Part shown: positions 1-331 of the stretch, piece after piece | Layout: each line of letters begins with the position of its first letter | Numbering within the stretch: position 1 is the stretch's first letter | Sequence record: X15713.1 | Length of the DNA: 331 bases | Strand: one strand, 5' to 3' | From: a phage | Notes under the pieces: model-generated | Database searches by the model: none | What the model saw: only the letters and a program-made list of their open reading frames with translations | What the model was told of the DNA's origin: nothing | Position numbers and translations under genes: made by a program

Positions 1-219
1 GAAGTTGAGCATTACCCAATTGAAATGTCTGTTGGTTCTGGTGGTGTTTGTTCTGCTCGCGATTGTGCTACTGTTGATATTCATCCTCGTACTTCTGGTA
101 ATAATGTTTTTGTTGGTGTGATTTGTTCTAGCGCTAAATGGACCTCCGGTCGTGTGATTGGTACCATCGCTACGACTCAGGTTATTCATGAATACCAAGT
201 CCTTCAGCCGCTTAAATAA
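1..219 (+). CDS. G: Major spike protein G, C-terminal portion (5'-partial; CDS continues upstream of window). Stop TAA at 217-219.
   Basis: Seen in sequence: frame +1 is open from base 1 (EVEHYPIE precedes the Met at 25) through TAA at 217-219. The translated C-terminus ...[20 protein letters not shown]...[13 protein letters not shown] matches, from memory, the C-terminus of phiX174 G (...[21 protein letters not shown]...NQVIKEIICLQPLK) and G4 G (...HPRTVGN...VLQPLK), including the terminal LQPLK-stop. Strong bias to T-ending codons (tct, ggt, gtt, gct, act, cgt) is typical of phiX-like structural genes. Not verified by database search. Confidence 0.85.
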
Positions 220-264
220 AAGGCTGCCGCACTCCCGGTTAGATGCCTGCCCAGTGAGGAACGT

Positions 265-285
265 GGAAGGCGTTAGCCGCCTTCC
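265..285 (+). other. GC-rich stem-loop in the G-H intergenic region (8-bp stem GGAAGGCG / CGCCTTCC, 5-nt loop TTAGC). Possible weak transcription terminator or mRNA-stabilising hairpin.
   Basis: Seen in sequence: 265-272 GGAAGGCG is the perfect reverse complement of 278-285 CGCCTTCC, with loop 273-277 TTAGC. It is not followed by a U-tract (downstream is ctcctgctaagccc), so it is not a canonical intrinsic terminator. phiX174-type phages are known to have partially efficient terminators after structural genes, so a function here is inference. Confidence 0.35.
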
Positions 286-302
286 CTCCTGCTAAGCCCA
301 AA

Positions 303-308
303 AAGGAG
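303..308 (+). promoter_or_regulatory. Shine-Dalgarno ribosome-binding site (AAGGAG) for the downstream gene
   Basis: Seen in sequence: AAGGAG at 303-308, preceded by an A-run and followed by an 8-nt spacer (ttacagcg) before the ATG at 317. This is canonical spacing for bacterial translation initiation. Confidence 0.6.
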
Positions 309-316
309 TTACAGCG

Positions 317-331
317 ATGTTAGGTGCCGTT
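317..331 (+). CDS. H: Start of minor spike / DNA pilot protein H (3'-partial; only 5 codons in window: M-L-G-A-V)
   Basis: Seen in sequence: ATG at 317 with a strong SD 8 nt upstream. The position immediately downstream of gene G fits the conserved Bullavirinae gene order (...F-G-H). MLGAV resembles the phiX174 H N-terminus MFGAI... recalled from memory. Only 15 nt are visible, so the call rests mostly on synteny and the RBS. Confidence 0.6.

Noticed and set aside
25-219. ATG at 25 as the true start of a 64-aa ORF, as reported by the ORF track
   Set aside because: The same frame is open from base 1 with no stop (EVEHYPIE precedes the Met), and the peptide aligns to the C-terminal third of microvirus G proteins. 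The ATG is an internal methionine, so the CDS is 5'-truncated by the window edge.
265-299. Canonical rho-independent terminator downstream of gene G
   Set aside because: The stem-loop is real, but there is no T/U-rich tract immediately 3' of the stem. It can be proposed at most as a weak or non-canonical terminator or stability element, hence feature type 'other' with low confidence.
220-316. Promoter for gene H within the intergenic spacer
   Set aside because: No convincing sigma70 -35/-10 pair (TTGACA ... TATAAT-like at appropriate spacing) is visible in this GC-rich spacer. In phiX-like phages H is transcribed from upstream promoters by read-through.
1-331. A novel or previously undescribed biological system (defence system, toxin-antitoxin, CRISPR, mobile element)
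   Set aside because: The window contains no repeat-spacer architecture, no terminal inverted repeats and no reverse-strand ORFs of meaningful length. Its content is fully explained by a well-known microvirus structural gene junction.

Overview
This window looks like the gene G / gene H junction of a phiX174-like microvirus (Microviridae, Bullavirinae), not a novel system. Bases 1-219 (+) encode the C-terminal part of a major spike protein G homologue; the frame is open to the window edge, so the ATG at 25 is an internal Met. A 97-nt, comparatively GC-rich intergenic spacer (220-316) follows, containing an 8-bp GC-rich stem-loop (265-285). A Shine-Dalgarno AAGGAG (303-308) then precedes an ATG at 317 that opens a +-strand ORF (MLGAV...) consistent with the start of the minor spike / DNA pilot protein H. 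The protein differs from phiX174 G as I recall it, so this is probably an alpha3/G4-like relative or a divergent microvirus. All homology statements rest on recalled protein sequences and were not verified by search.
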